A DNA stretch of 63,829 nt, counting the filler, from Octopus bimaculoides (lineage: Eukaryota), in NCBI RefSeq assembly GCF_001194135.2. It is 9 parts of 9 records of this genome, joined end to end, with 100 filler letters (N's around TTAATTAATTAA, not from the genome) between each part and the next. Parts side by side here need not be neighbours in the genome. Positions count along the whole stretch, not along the records: positions 33,057 to 46,977 come from NC_068994.1; positions 47,078 to 51,276 come from NW_026316090.1; 7 more parts are not named here. One strand, given 5' to 3'. Below are positions 38,099-51,276 of this stretch, piece after piece. Made by a program: the position numbers and the translations under genes. Below the pieces are notes generated by a model, which did no database searches, was not told the DNA's origin, and saw nothing but the letters and a program-made list of their open reading frames with translations. Numbering within the stretch: the first letter of the stretch is position 1; each line of letters starts with the position of its first letter.

Positions 38099-39300
38099 NN
38101 NNNNNNNNNNNNNNNNNNNNNNNNNNNNNNNNNNNNNNNNNNNNNNNNNNNNNNNNNNNNNNNNNNNNNNNNNNNNNNNNNNNNNNNNNNNNNNNNNNNN
38201 NNNNNNNNNNNNNNNNNNNNNNNNNNNNNNNNNNNNNNNNNNNNNNNNNNNNNNNNNNNNNNNNNNNNNNNNNNNNNNNNNNNNNNNNNNNNNNNNNNNN
38301 NNNNNNNNNNNNNNNNNNNNNNNNNNNNNNNNNNNNNNNNNNNNNNNNNNNNNNNNNNNNNNNNNNNNNNNNNNNNNNNNNNNNNNNNNNNNNNNNNNNN
38401 NNNNNNNNNNNNNNNNNNNNNNNNNNNNNNNNNNNNNNNNNNNNNNNNNNNNNNNNNNNNNNNNNNNNNNNNNNNNNNNNNNNNNNNNNNNNNNNNNNNN
38501 NNNNNNNNNNNNNNNNNNNNNNNNNNNNNNNNNNNNNNNNNNNNNNNNNNNNNNNNNNNNNNNNNNNNNNNNNNNNNNNNNNNNNNNNNNNNNNNNNNNN
38601 NNNNNNNNNNNNNNNNNNNNNNNNNNNNNNNNNNNNNNNNNNNNNNNNNNNNNNNNNNNNNNNNNNNNNNNNNNNNNNNNNNNNNNNNNNNNNNNNNNNN
38701 NNNNNNNNNNNNNNNNNNNNNNNNNNNNNNNNNNNNNNNNNNNNNNNNNNNNNNNNNNNNNNNNNNNNNNNNNNNNNNNNNNNNNNNNNNNNNNNNNNNN
38801 NNNNNNNNNNNNNNNNNNNGGAACTGTCCCAGACTTAATGCCATCATAAAATTTTGATGTCTAAGCAGCTTATATCATATTATATGGTCAAGTAATAAAA
38901 ACAATGAAGGATGTCATAAAAAAAAAAAAAAAAAGGAAATTTGTAGGATATCATATAAATTGTGATATGACATATGAGGTAGCTGCCATAAAAATGTAAA
39001 ATTGTATCCAATAAAAATGTTATGGAGCTTCTGATTGCCATAGTTAACTGATTGATCTGGTCCAGACAAATATGACATATGGAGAAAGTTAAAGCTAAAG
39101 CTGTGTGGTTATGAACTGTGCACTGGAACCCAGTGGTTTCAGGTTCAGTACTATTGCATGGTAGCCTTAGGCTTGTGTTTTCTGAAATAGAGGTTCAAGC
39201 CCTGATTGACCAATACCTTTGTGAGTGAATGTGAATTTGGCTGATTGAAACTGGGTAGAGCTTGTTGCATATATAACTACACACACACGCACACACACTA

Positions 39301-39519
39301 TATGAAGGGGTGCTGAAAAGTTCCTGGCTTTAAGGGTATCACAAAAGGCCTGGTTGGAGGCCCAACCTTCTGAGTTTTTTTTCAGGGCTTAGAAAAACTG
39401 CATGATTGCTGCAATAAGTATGTGAATCTGATAGGGGAATATGTTGAATAAAATCATAATTAATGATCCTCTTATATTTTCTTTTACCCAAAACCAGGAA
39501 CTTTTCAGCACCCAGCATA
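39301..39519. mobile_element. Mariner-derived MITE (copy 1)
   Basis: TIR gggtgctgaaaagttcctgg at both ends, TA flanks; interior encodes a mariner-like C-terminus GLEKLHDCCNKYVNLIGEYVE*; decayed copy at 56850-57026. Confidence 0.85.
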
Positions 39520-40331
39520 TNNNNNNNNNNNNNNNNNNNNNNNNNNNNNNNNNNNNNNNNNNNNNNNNNNNNNNNNNNNNNNNNNNNNNNNNNNNNNNNN
39601 NNNNNNNNNNNNNNNNNNNNNNNNNNNNNNNNNNNNNNNNNNNNNNNNNNNNNNNNNNNNNNNNNNNNNNNNNNNNNNNNNNNNNNNNNNNNNNNNNNNN
39701 NNNNNNNNNNNNNNNNNNNNNNNNNNNNNNNNNNNNNNNNNNNNNNNNNNNNNNNNNNNNNNNNNNNNNNNNNNNNNNNNNNNNNNNNNNNNNNNNNNNN
39801 NNNNNNNNNNNNNNNNNNNNNNNNNNNNNNNNNNNNNNNNNNNNNNNNNNNNNNNNNNNNNNNNNNNNNNNNNNNNNNNNNNNNNNNNNNNNNNNNNNNN
39901 NNNNNNNNNNNNNNNNNNNNNNNNNNNNNNNNNNNNNNNNNNNNNNNNNNNNNNNNNNNNNNNNNNNNNNNNNNNNNNNNNNNNNNNNNNNNNNNNNNNN
40001 NNNNNNNNNNNNNNNNNNNNNNNNNNNNNNNNNNNNNNNNNNNNNNNNNNNNNNNNNNNNNNNNNNNNNNNNNNNNNNNNNNNNNNNNNNNNNNNNNNNN
40101 NNNNNNNNNNNNNNNNNNNNNNNNNNNNNNNNNNNNNNNNNNNNNNNNNNNNNNNNNNNNNNNNNNNNNNNNNNNNNNNNNNNNNNNNNNNNNNNNNNNN
40201 NNNNNNNNNNNNNNNNNNNNNNNNNNNNNNNNNNNNNNNNNNNNNNNNNNNNNNNNNNNNNNNNNNNNNNNNNNNNNNNNNNNNNNNNNNNNNNNNNNNN
40301 NNNNNNNNNNNNNNNNNNNNNNNNNTGTGCC

Positions 40332-40374
<43 letters not shown>

Positions 40375-41189
40375 TGTAAATGCAAAAATAAAAACAAAAA
40401 CACAAAGGATTCTGCGGTACACGTGTTTCAAGCTTTATAGTTGTTACATCAGTGTATAATTGACAATATAAAGCTATCTTCAGCCGCAAATGTATGTATT
40501 CTCTCCCAAGAATTATATCACATAGGCGTTAAAGGAGGAAGAAAGATGAGATATAAGAGGTGAGGTTCCGTTTGGTATTTTGCATTGTACCATATATATA
40601 CACACACACACATATATCTTTGCCTGTGTTTGTTCCCCTACCACATGACAATCAGTGTTAGTTTCTTTATGTCCCCATAACTTAGCAATTCATCAAAAGA
40701 GAATAAGTAAAAAAAACTTGAAAAAAAAAATGCTAAGTGCTGTGGAACCCTTCAAGGCTGTACTCCAGCATGACCACCGTCCAATAACTGTAACAAATAA
40801 AATATAAAAGACATATGCTTCTATATTCCTATTTGTATCTCCACATGACTGTGCATTGACCACTGCTTGGGCAGTGGTAACATGTTTATGCCCTGCATAA
40901 ACAATATGTTCTGTTGTTCGTTGGTTCCAGCGCATGATGATCGATATGATAAAAAATATCTTCCTTAAAAGTAAGCAAAGGTTAGCAATGGAAAGGCTAT
41001 CAGTCTAAAGAATACTGCCCAAATAGATCACATCCAATCCATACTAGTATGGCAAAGAAGACATAAAAGCAAAAGCGATGACGATGATGATGATATCAAA
41101 GTGTATGTTTGTGAATATGTATGTAGAGACTATATATATATATGTATGTATGTGTATATATATCATGTAACCTCGTGGGCATCGGTACC

Positions 41190-41300
41190 ATTTTCCTCTT
41201 TCTCCGTTCTTCCATTCTCCGAACTTTCCATCTTTCCGACGAAGGGCTACGCCCGAAACGTCATACACTCTCTCTTTCCTTTCCTGAGCGTCCAATAATA
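41190..41300 (+). mobile_element. Penelope-type pseudo-LTR fragment with hammerhead-like core at 41236-41262
   Basis: CCGACGA-A-GGGC-tac-GCCC-GAAA-CGTC; same family as 4021-4140. Confidence 0.7.
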
Positions 41301-42077
41301 CTATCCATATCACGTCCTCACTTTGTTGTTTTTTTGTTTTTTTGTTATTGTTTTTTTGAACTATATATATATATATATACATATATACACACACACACAT
41401 ATATATACACATACATATATATATATATATATATGTATACATACATATATATATATATATATACATACATACATATACACACATATATATATATACACAC
41501 ATACATATACACACATATATATATATATACACACATACATATATNNNNNNNNNNNNNNNNNNNNNNNNNNNNNNNNNNNNNNNNNNNNNNNNNNNNNNNN
41601 NNNNNNNNNNNNNNNNNNNNNNNNNNNNNNNNNNNNNNNNNNNNNNNNNNNNNNNNNNNNNNNNNNNNNNNNNNNNNNNNNNNNNNNNNNNNNNNNNNNN
41701 NNNNNNNNNNNNNNNNNNNNNNNNNNNNNNNNNNNNNNNNNNNNNNNNNNNNNNNNNNNNNNNNNNNNNNNNNNNNNNNNNNNNNNNNNNNNNNNNNNNN
41801 NNNNNNNNNNNNNNNNNNNNNNNNNNNNNNNNNNNNNNNNNNNNNNNNNNNNNNNNNNNNNNNNNNNNNNNNNNNNNNNNNNNNNNNNNNNNNNNNNNNN
41901 NNNNNNNNNNNNNNNNNNNNNNNNNNNNNNNNNNNNNNNNNNNNNNNNNNNNNNNNNNNNNNNNNNNNNNNNNNNNNNNNNNNNNNNNNNNNNNNNNNNN
42001 NNNNNNNNNNNNNNNNNNNNNNNNNNNNNNNNNNNNNNNNNNNNNNNNNNNNNNNNNNNNNNNNNNNNNNNNNNNNN

Positions 42078-42111
<34 letters not shown>

Positions 42112-43302
42112 AAGTGTATGTAAGCATAGGCAAAAGCTGTAAAAATAGAAAATATGAAAAAGAAACAACTACATAGACATATGCATACAGCATATATACA
42201 CATACAAACATATACACACACAAAAACATATACACACAGAGAAACATCCACACACAAGAACATATACACACACAAAAACATATACACACACAAAAACACA
42301 TACACACACAAAAAACACATACACACACATATACATAAATACACACATACACAAACTATAAAAAATATATAGAACTAAACTAACAAGTAGGTAGACAGAC
42401 ATTTAAGTTAGACAGAAATGTGCATAGATGGACATTTCTATCAAGAAAGATTTTTCAAAGAAAATTGAACCAGTCAAATGATGGAAGAAAACCAAATTAT
42501 AGTGAAAGAAGGAAAAAAAAAATTAAATTATTGTGGTTGTTTGTGTATATGTGGATACGCATGTTAATGGCATACACACTAACACACACATATGTACATA
42601 GGTTTTTGTGAGTGAGCTTGTACATGTACATGTATGCACATCATTATGTATGTGTGCGTATATATATATATATATATNNNNNNNNNNNNNNNNNNNNNNN
42701 NNNNNNNNNNNNNNNNNNNNNNNNNNNNNNNNNNNNNNNNNNNNNNNNNNNNNNNNNNNNNNNNNNNNNNNNNNNNNNNNNNNNNNNNNNNNNNNNNNNN
42801 NNNNNNNNNNNNNNNNNNNNNNNNNNNNNNNNNNNNNNNNNNNNNNNNNNNNNNNNNNNNNNNNNNNNNNNNNNNNNNNNNNNNNNNNNNNNNNNNNNNN
42901 NNNNNNNNNNNNNNNNNNNNNNNNNNNNNNNNNNNNNNNNNNNNNNNNNNNNNNNNNNNNNNNNNNNNNNNNNNNNNNNNNNNNNNNNNNNNNNNNNNNN
43001 NNNNNNNNNNNNNNNNNNNNNNNNNNNNNNNNNNNNNNNNNNNNNNNNNNNNNNNNNNNNNNNNNNNNNNNNNNNNNNNNNNNNNNNNNNNNNNNNNNNN
43101 NNNNNNNNNNNNNNNNNNNNNNNNNNNNNNNNNNNNNNNNNNNNNNNNNNNNNNNNNNNNNNNNNNNNNNNNNNNNNNNNNNNNNNNNNNNNNNNNNNNN
43201 NNNNNNNNNNNNNNNNNNNNNNNNNNNNNNNNNNNNNNNNNNNNNNNNNNNNNNNNNNNNNNNNNNNNNNNNNNNNNNNNNNNNNNNNNNNNNNNNNNNN
43301 NN

Positions 43303-43336
<34 letters not shown>

Positions 43337-44020
43337 TATTTCTTTTTGCATGTGTGTTTGAGTAGTTGTTGCAAGAAAAAGTGATAATATTTTATCAGTC
43401 TCCATAGTGTACATAAAAACGGTAAGCAGGAAATCTTGCAGATAACATGGTTAGTTATTAGTTGAACATTTCAGCGATAAAGAAAATGGCAGCGCTAAGC
43501 CAGCAGAAATGTTAGTCTGCCGGACTAAATTCATTGCTTTTATTTAGTTCCAAGTTTAAATTTCATTGAGATTGATTTAAACTCCATTCCTTGCTTGAGG
43601 AACAGAGAGAGAGAGGAAGGGGGAGTGAGGGAGGAGGATCTAAGACTTAGTCTTTTATTGTAATTCCATTAACATCCAGAATGCTTTGTAGGAATATTAA
43701 ATCTATAGCTGTACTTGACTGTTATTTTATTTTATCAACTTTGGAAGAATAAGAATCAGAGACGTAGTTAGTTTTAGTTCACTGTTTATAATTTCAACTA
43801 CATCTAGGATGTTTTTTCTGTTTTTAGAAATATTAAATGTGCCCTAGTATTTGACTGGTATTTAACTCTGAAGGACCGATATTTTGAAGGATGAAAAGCA
43901 AACTAATCTTCTATTAAAATTCTATTCACAACCATAGATGCAGACATAGCTGTGTAGCTTAGGAGCTTCTTTCACAAATGATTGGTCTTGGGTTCAGTCC
44001 TGTTCAGTCTTGCTGCATGA

Positions 44021-44185
44021 CGTGGAGGCACGTGGCTTAGTGCTTAGGGTGTTGGACTCATGGTCTTAAGATTGTGGTTTCAATTCCTGAACTGGGTGAT
44101 GGATTGTGCTCTTGAGCAAAACACTTCATTTCACATCGCTCCAGTCCACTCAGCTGGCAAAAATGAGTAACCCTGAGATGGTTTA
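44021..44185 (+). mobile_element. tRNA-derived SINE (third family), 5' part
   Basis: gtggcttagtgcttaggg…ggtttcaattcc (A and B boxes) then ttgagcaaaacacttcatttcacatcgctccagtccactcagctg. Confidence 0.85.
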
Positions 44186-44426
44186 AGGGACTTGCAACAA
44201 GAATGATATGCAGTCAATTACTGTAAGGTATTTTGTCCAAAGTTCTAATGGACTTTAATTACCATTAATATTCTTTCTTTTATCTGTCTTTTAATTATTT
44301 CGGTCATTCAACTATGGCCATGCACTACTTTACAGAGTTCTAGTAGAACAAACTACCACTTATTATTTTTTTTTGCTTTTTTAATTTCAGGTACTTATTC
44401 TATTGGTCTCTTATGGGAATGTAAAC

Positions 44427-44746
44427 TAGGTGTTCTCAACCATTTTTATCAACGGACCCCTCTGATTACTATTCCATTCCGGTTCCCCCCTCCCCCATAT
44501 TCACTCAATGTTTAAAATCTAGTTTTATAGACATTTCTATCAAAATTCTTGATTTGTTTACCACATATTCTTTTGTGTGCACTGAACAATGTAAAACAGA
44601 GACAGAAACCTAGCTGTTTCTTGCTAAAAATACTCCTAAAGCAAAACCTTTTCACAGACCCATAAAATACTATTGTGGAATCTATATACTCCTTGCTTTG
44701 TATGGACCCCAAAATGTCTTATATGGACTTCACTTGAGAACCAATG
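44427..44746. mobile_element. Probable hAT-type MITE, degenerate
   Basis: Ends taggtgttctcaac … ttgagaaccaatg resemble CAGTGGTTCTCAA-type TIRs; subterminal ggacccc motifs. Confidence 0.45.
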
Positions 44747-44910
44747 ATGTAAACAAACCAACACCGAATATCAAGCAGTGAGTAGGGGACAAACACAGAC
44801 ACAAAGACACACACATAGATTGTCATCATTAACATTCTTTTCCTCTTTTATTATTTTATTTGTTTCCATCAGAATCTCAATCAAATTGAAATCAAAAGTG
44901 GAAATTGTAG

Positions 44911-45330
44911 TTGTGGCTGATGCCAGTGCCACCTGACTGGCTCCCGAATTGGTGGCACGTAATAAACACCATTCATGCATGGGTAATTGCCAGTGTTGTC
45001 TGACTGGCTCCCTGTGCCAGTGGCACATAAAAAGCACAATCCAAATGTGGTTGATGCCAGCCCCGACTGGCTCTTGTGCTGGTAGCACGTAAAAAGCACC
45101 ATCCAAACGTGGCTGATACCAGTATTGCCAGACTGACTCCCATCCAGGTGGCATGTAAAAAGCACCCACTACATTCTCGGAGTGGTTGGCGTTAGGAAGG
45201 GCATCCATCTGAAGAAACATTGCCAGGTCAGATTGGAGCCTGATGTAGCCCCCCTGGCTTGCCAGTCCTCACTCAAACCGTCCAACCCATGTCAGCATGG
45301 AAAACGGATGTTAAACGATGATGGTGATGA
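44911..45330 (+). mobile_element. SINE body with about 4 tandem ~60-65-bp internal units and a (GAT)n tail
   Basis: Unit gtggctgatgccagt…tgactggctcc…gtggcacgtaaaaagcacc recurs from about 44911, 44976, 45047 and 45110. Confidence 0.85.
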
Positions 45331-45343
45331 TATATATATAAAG

Positions 45344-45736
45344 TGGCGAGCTAGCAGAATTGTTAGCATGCTGGCCGGAATGCTTAGCGGTATTTTGGCT
45401 GCTGTTACGTTCTGAGTTCAAATTCTGCCGAGGTCGACTTTGCATTTCATCCTTTTGGGGTCGATTAAATAAGTACCAGTAAGGTACTGGGGTTGATGCA
45501 GTTGACTTAATCACTTTGTCTGTCCTTGTTTGTCCTCTCTATGTTTAACTTCCTGTGGGCAATAAAGAAAATAGATATAAGAGGCTTCCTTCAGTTTCCA
45601 TCTACCAAATCCACTCACAAGGCTTTGGATGGCCCAAGGCTATAATAGAAGACACTTGCTGAAAGTGCAACACAGTGGATCTGAACCCAGAACCATGTGG
45701 TTGGGAAGCAAGCTTCTTACCATGTAGTCATGCCTG
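45344..45736. mobile_element. SINE family 2 (+, 45344-45580) abutting the major SINE 5' half (-, 45581-45736)
   Basis: Heads match the copies at 53068-53243 and 52173-52330. Confidence 0.85.
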
Positions 45737-47097
45737 GATGTATACAGGGAAGGTAAAGACAGCTCTGGGGTTAAACACAGGGTACCGATATGTCCATCCC
45801 AAACATAGCCACCACTACAATAAGTACCAGGCTTGAAAAAGATAAGTTTTTGGGTTGATTCACTTGACTAAAATTCTTCAAGATGCTGCCAAAGAATGTC
45901 CACAGTTTAATCACTGAAACAAGTAGAAGATAAAACGAAAAACAAAATGAGATAAGATTCAGCAGAGGGCGCTACTGTGATCATTGAAATTGCTAGAAAA
46001 AGCAGCCAAATTATTTTATATCCTACGATTTTGTTTTCAGAAAGAAAAAAAAAAACCAAAAAGAAAAGAAAAGACAAGATCATATTGGATAATAATAGCC
46101 CATGGTATATCAAGGTGGAAAAAGTAGGAAAAAAAAAGAACAATCTGGAATGTCTTTGATTATAGGCCTGCTCAGATAGGGAGGATAAAGGCAGATCTGG
46201 GGTTAAACAAAGGGCACCAATATGTCCATCCCTATACAACCACTACTACTACCATTGCCTCAAGAATTCCTCACCACCACCACCACCACCACAAGACTAA
46301 AACATGGAGAAAAAGAAAGACAAATAAGAAAGCCAAAGAGAAATATTGCCACATTAAGAAGAAAAAGATGAAGAAAAAAGGAGGAAGAGGAGGAGGGGTG
46401 CAACAGAAAATGACGAAGGAGAAAGTGACAAAGGAAAAAGAAGAAGAAGGTGCAGAAGAAGAAGAAAGAGGGGAGGATGAGGAAGTGAAGAAGAAGAAGA
46501 AAGGTGGAGCTGAGATGTGGAGGGATGAGTGGGAGAAGACAATATGGTGTAAAAGAGAAAAACCATTTCCTTGGAGAAGAAATATGAATTTGGTTCCATT
46601 TTCTTAGAAACACATTCTTTGTTCTGTTTTACACATACATACACACACCTTTACAACTTCTTTACAAATTGTTTGTTCTTATATAAGTATTTCTTAAAGA
46701 AAAAAAAATGTTGGTATGTGTATGTATACATACATTCACACATATGTACAAATACATGATGTATTGATTATATATTGAATACACACACATATATGTACAT
46801 ACATACAAGTATATATTCAAATGTCAATACTTATATATGTGCATTCAGAAAGATTAAAACTATACACACACATACACACATACACACATATTTGTGTGTC
46901 TGTATCTATATGTATAAACATATAGATGTATGTGAATGTATGTGTGTGTGTATATATATATATGTATATATATATATNNNNNNNNNNNNNNNNNNNNNNN
47001 NNNNNNNNNNNNNNNNNNNNNTTAATTAATTAANNNNNNNNNNNNNNNNNNNNNNNNNNNNNNNNNNNNNNNNNNNNACGAACGAACGAACGAACGA

Positions 47098-50000
47098 TCG
47101 TACGCACGTAAAAACGTAAGGACGAACGAACGAACGAACGTACGTGAGTACGAACGAACGAACGTACATTTGTACGATATAACGAACAAACGAACGAAAG
47201 AAATAGCGACAAAACGATAGTAAGTATGTAAGTACGAACGAACGAACATACGTACATTCGTACGTACGTAAGAACGAACGATCTAACGATCGAACGAACG
47301 ATCGACCGAACGAAAGAAAGAACGTACATACGTAATAACGTTCGTTTGATCGTACTGACGTACGTACGTTCTTTCTTTTATTCGTATGTTCGATTGTTCG
47401 TTCGTTCGCTCGTTGGCTCGTTCGTTCATTCGTTCGTTCCTACGTACGTTCGAAATTACGTTCATTCGAATGAACAAAACAAACGAAAGTACGTACGTAC
47501 GAACGAACGAATGAAGGTACGTACGAGCGAACGAACGACCAATCGAACGTACGAATAAAAGAAAGAACGTACGTACGTCAGTACGATCAAACGAACGTTA
47601 TTAAGTACGTACGTTCTTCTTTCGTTCGTTCGAGCGTTCGTTCGATCGTTAGATCGTTCGTTCTTACGTACGTACGATCGTTCTTTCGTACCTACTTACG
47701 CACGTTCGTTCGTTCCTACGTACGTTCGTTCGTTCGTTCGTTCGTCCTTACGTTTGTACGTGCGTACGTTCTTTCGTTCGTTCGTACGTACGTACGTACG
47801 AACGTACCTATGTTCGTTCATTCGTACTTACATACTTACTATGGTTTAGTCGCTATTTCTTTCGTTCGTTTGTTCGTTAGATCGTACGCATGTACGTTTG
47901 TTCGTTCGTACTCACGTACGTTCGTTCGTTCGTACTCACGTACGTTCGTTCGCTCAATCTTTCGTTCTTTCGTTCGATCGTTCGTACGTTCGTACGTTCG
48001 TTCTTTTGTTCCTTCGTTCGATCATTTCATCCTTTCATCCTTCCTTCGTTCGTTCTATTCTACGTACGTACGTACGTTCGTTATTTCGATGGTTCGTTCG
48101 TTCATTCATTCGTTCGTTGGCTCTTTCGTTCATTCGTTCGTTCCTACGTACGTTCGTAATTACGTTCGTTCGTTCGTAATTACGTACGTTCGAAGGAACA
48201 AAAGAACGAACGAAAGTACGTACGTACGAACGNNNNNNNNNNNNNNNNNNNNNNNNNNNNNNNNNNNNNNNNNNNNNNNNNNNNNNNNNNNNNNNNNNNN
48301 NNNNNNNNNNNNNNNNNNNNNNNNNNNNNNNNNNNNNNNNNNNNNNNNNNNNNNNNNNNNNNNNNNNNNNNNNNNNNNNNNNNNNNNNNNNNNNNNNNNN
48401 NNNNNNNNNNNNNNNNNNNNNNNNNNNNNNNNNNNNNNNNNNNNNNNNNNNNNNNNNNNNNNNNNNNNNNNNNNNNNNNNNNNNNNNNNNNNNNNNNNNN
48501 NNNNNNNNNNNNNNNNNNNNNNNNNNNNNNNNNNNNNNNNNNNNNNNNNNNNNNNNNNNNNNNNNNNNNNNNNNNNNNNNNNNNNNNNNNNNNNNNNNNN
48601 NNNNNNNNNNNNNNNNNNNNNNNNNNNNNNNNNNNNNNNNNNNNNNNNNNNNNNNNNNNNNNNNNNNNNNNNNNNNNNNNNNNNNNNNNNNNNNNNNNNN
48701 NNNNNNNNNNNNNNNNNNNNNNNNNNNNNNNNNNNNNNNNNNNNNNNNNNNNNNNNNNNNNNNNNNNNNNNNNNNNNNNNNNNNNNNNNNNNNNNNNNNN
48801 NNNNNNNNNNNNNNNNNNNNNNNNNNNNNNNNNNNNNNNNNNNNNNNNNNNNNNNNNNNNNNNNNNNNNNNNNNNNNNNNNNNNNNNNNNNNNNNNNNNN
48901 NNNNNNNNNNNNNNNNNNNNNNNNNNNNNNNNNNNNNNNNNNNNNNNNNNNNNNNNNNNNNNNNNNNNNNNNNNNNGTACGAACGAACGAACGTACGTGA
49001 GTACGAACGAACGAACGAATGAAGGTACGTACGAGCTAACGCACGAACAATCGAACATACGAATAAAAGAAAGAACGTACGTACGTTAGTACGATCAAAC
49101 GAACGTTATTACGTACGTACGTTCTTTCTTTCGTTCGTTTGAACGTTCGTTCGATCGTTAGATCGTTCGTTCTTACGTACGTACGATCGTTCTTTCGTAC
49201 GTACGTACGTTCGTTATTTCGATGGTTCGTTCGTTCACTCGCTCGTTCGTTGGCTCGTTCGTTCATTCGTTCGTTCCTACGTACGTTCGTAATTACGTTC
49301 GTTCGTTCGTAATCACGTACGTTCGAAGGAACAAAATAACGAACGAAAGTACGTACGAACGAACGAACGAACGAACGAACGAATGAAGGAACGTACGAGC
49401 GAACGAACGAACAATCGAACGTACGAATAAAAGAAAGATCGTACGTACGTACGTCAGTACGATCGAACAAACGGTATTACGTACGTACGTTCTTTTTCTC
49501 GTTCGTTCGATCGTTCGTTCGATCGTTTGATCGTTCGTTCTTACGTATGTACGATTGTTCTTTCGTACGTACTTACGCACGTTCGTTCGTTCGTTCTTAC
49601 GTTTGTACGTGTGTACGTTCGTTCGTTCGTTCGTATGTACATCCGTACGAACGTACGTCTGTTCGTTTGTTCGTTAGATCGAACGAACGTACGTTCCTTC
49701 GTTCGTACTCACGTACGTTCCTTCGTTCGTACTCACGTACGTTCCTTCGTTCGTACTCACGTACGTTCCTTCGTTCGTACTCACGTACGTTCCTTTGTTC
49801 GTACTTACGCACGTTCCTTCGTTCGTACTCACGTACGTTCGTTCGTTCAATCTTTCGTTCTTTCGTTCGATCGTTCGTACGTTCGTACGTTCGTTCGTTC
49901 GTCCTTTTGTTCCTTCGTTCGATCATTCCATCGTTTGATCCTTTCTTCGTTCGTTCTATTCTACGTACGTACGTACGTTCATTCTCTCGTTCGTTCATTC

Positions 50001-51276
50001 GTTCGTTCGTTGGCTCATTCGTTCCTACGTACGTTCGTAATTACGTTCGTTCGTTCGTAATTACGTGCGTTCGAAGGAACAAAAGAACGAACGAAAGTAC
50101 GTATGTACGTACGAACGAACGAACGAACGACTGAAGGTACGTACGACCGAACGAACGAATAATCGAACGTACGAATAAAAGAAAGAACGTACGTACGTTA
50201 TTTCTTACGTACTATCTTCCTTTCGTTCATTCGATCGTTAGATTGTTCGTTCTTACGTACGTACGATCGTTCTTTCGTACGTACTTACGCACGTTCGTTC
50301 GTTCCTACGTACGTTCGTTCGTTCGTCCTTATGATTGTACGTGCGTACGTTCGTTTGTTCGCTCGTACGTACGTACCTACGAACGTACTATGTTCGTTCA
50401 TTCCTACTTAAATGCTTACTATCTTTTTGTCGCTATTTCTTTCGTTCGTTTGTTCGTTAGAGCGTACTCACGTACGTTCGTTCTTTCGTACTCACGTACG
50501 TTCCTTCGTTCGTACTCACGTACGTTCGTTCGTTCAATCTTTCGTTCTTTCGTTCGATCGTTCGTACGTTCGTACGTTCGTTCTTTTGTTCCTTCGTTCG
50601 ATCATTTCATCCTTTCATCCTTCCTTCGTTCGTTCTATTCTACGTACGTACGTACGTTCGTTATTTCGATGGTTCGTTCGTTCATTCACTCGTTCGTTGG
50701 CTCTTTCGTTCATTCGTTCGTTCCTACGTACGTTCGTAATTACGTTCGTTCGTTCGTAATTACGTACGTTCGAAGGAACAAAAGAACGAACGAAAGTACG
50801 TACGTACGAACGAACGAACGAACGAATGAAGGTACGTACGAGCGAACGAACGAACAATCGAACGTACGAATAAAAGAAAGAATGTACGTACGTTATTACG
50901 TACGTTATTTCGTTCGTTCGATCGTTCGATTGTTAGTTCGTTCGGTCTTACGTACGTATGATCGTTCTTTCGTACGTACTTACGCACGTTCGTTCCTACG
51001 TACGTTCGTTCGTTCGTTCGTTCGTCCTTACGTTTGTACGTACGTACGTAAGTACGATCGAACGAACGTTATTACGTACGTTCGTTTTTTCGTTCGTTCC
51101 TTCGATCGTTCGTTCGTTAGATCGTTCATTCTTACGTACGTACATACGTACGTTCGGTCTTTCTTCCGTACGTACTTATGTACGTTCGTTCGTTCCTACG
51201 TCTCTACGTGCGTACGTTCGTTCGTTCGTACGTACGTGCGAACGAACGAACGTACGTCTGTTCGTTCATTCGTACT
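47098..51276. repeat. CpG-saturated complex satellite of TTCG/CGAA and TACG tetramers, with inversions and a ~690-bp higher-order period
   Basis: Markers recur at 47541/49049/49413/50161/50856 and 47955/49848/50535; inverted copies at 47181-47210 and 47341-47395; 24-bp subrepeat cttcgttcgtactcacgtacgttc x~6 at 49690-49840; internal gap 48233-48975. Confidence 0.95.

Noticed and set aside
37846-43384. Long ORFs of 250-570 aa (also 61819-63574, 39339-40431, 47810-49058)
   Set aside because: They consist of N runs and TA/CA/GAT microsatellites; no coding evidence.
47098-51276. CRISPR-like or telomere-like interpretation of the satellite
   Set aside because: No constant repeat with unique spacers, no cas genes, eukaryotic context; no G-rich strand-biased short unit.
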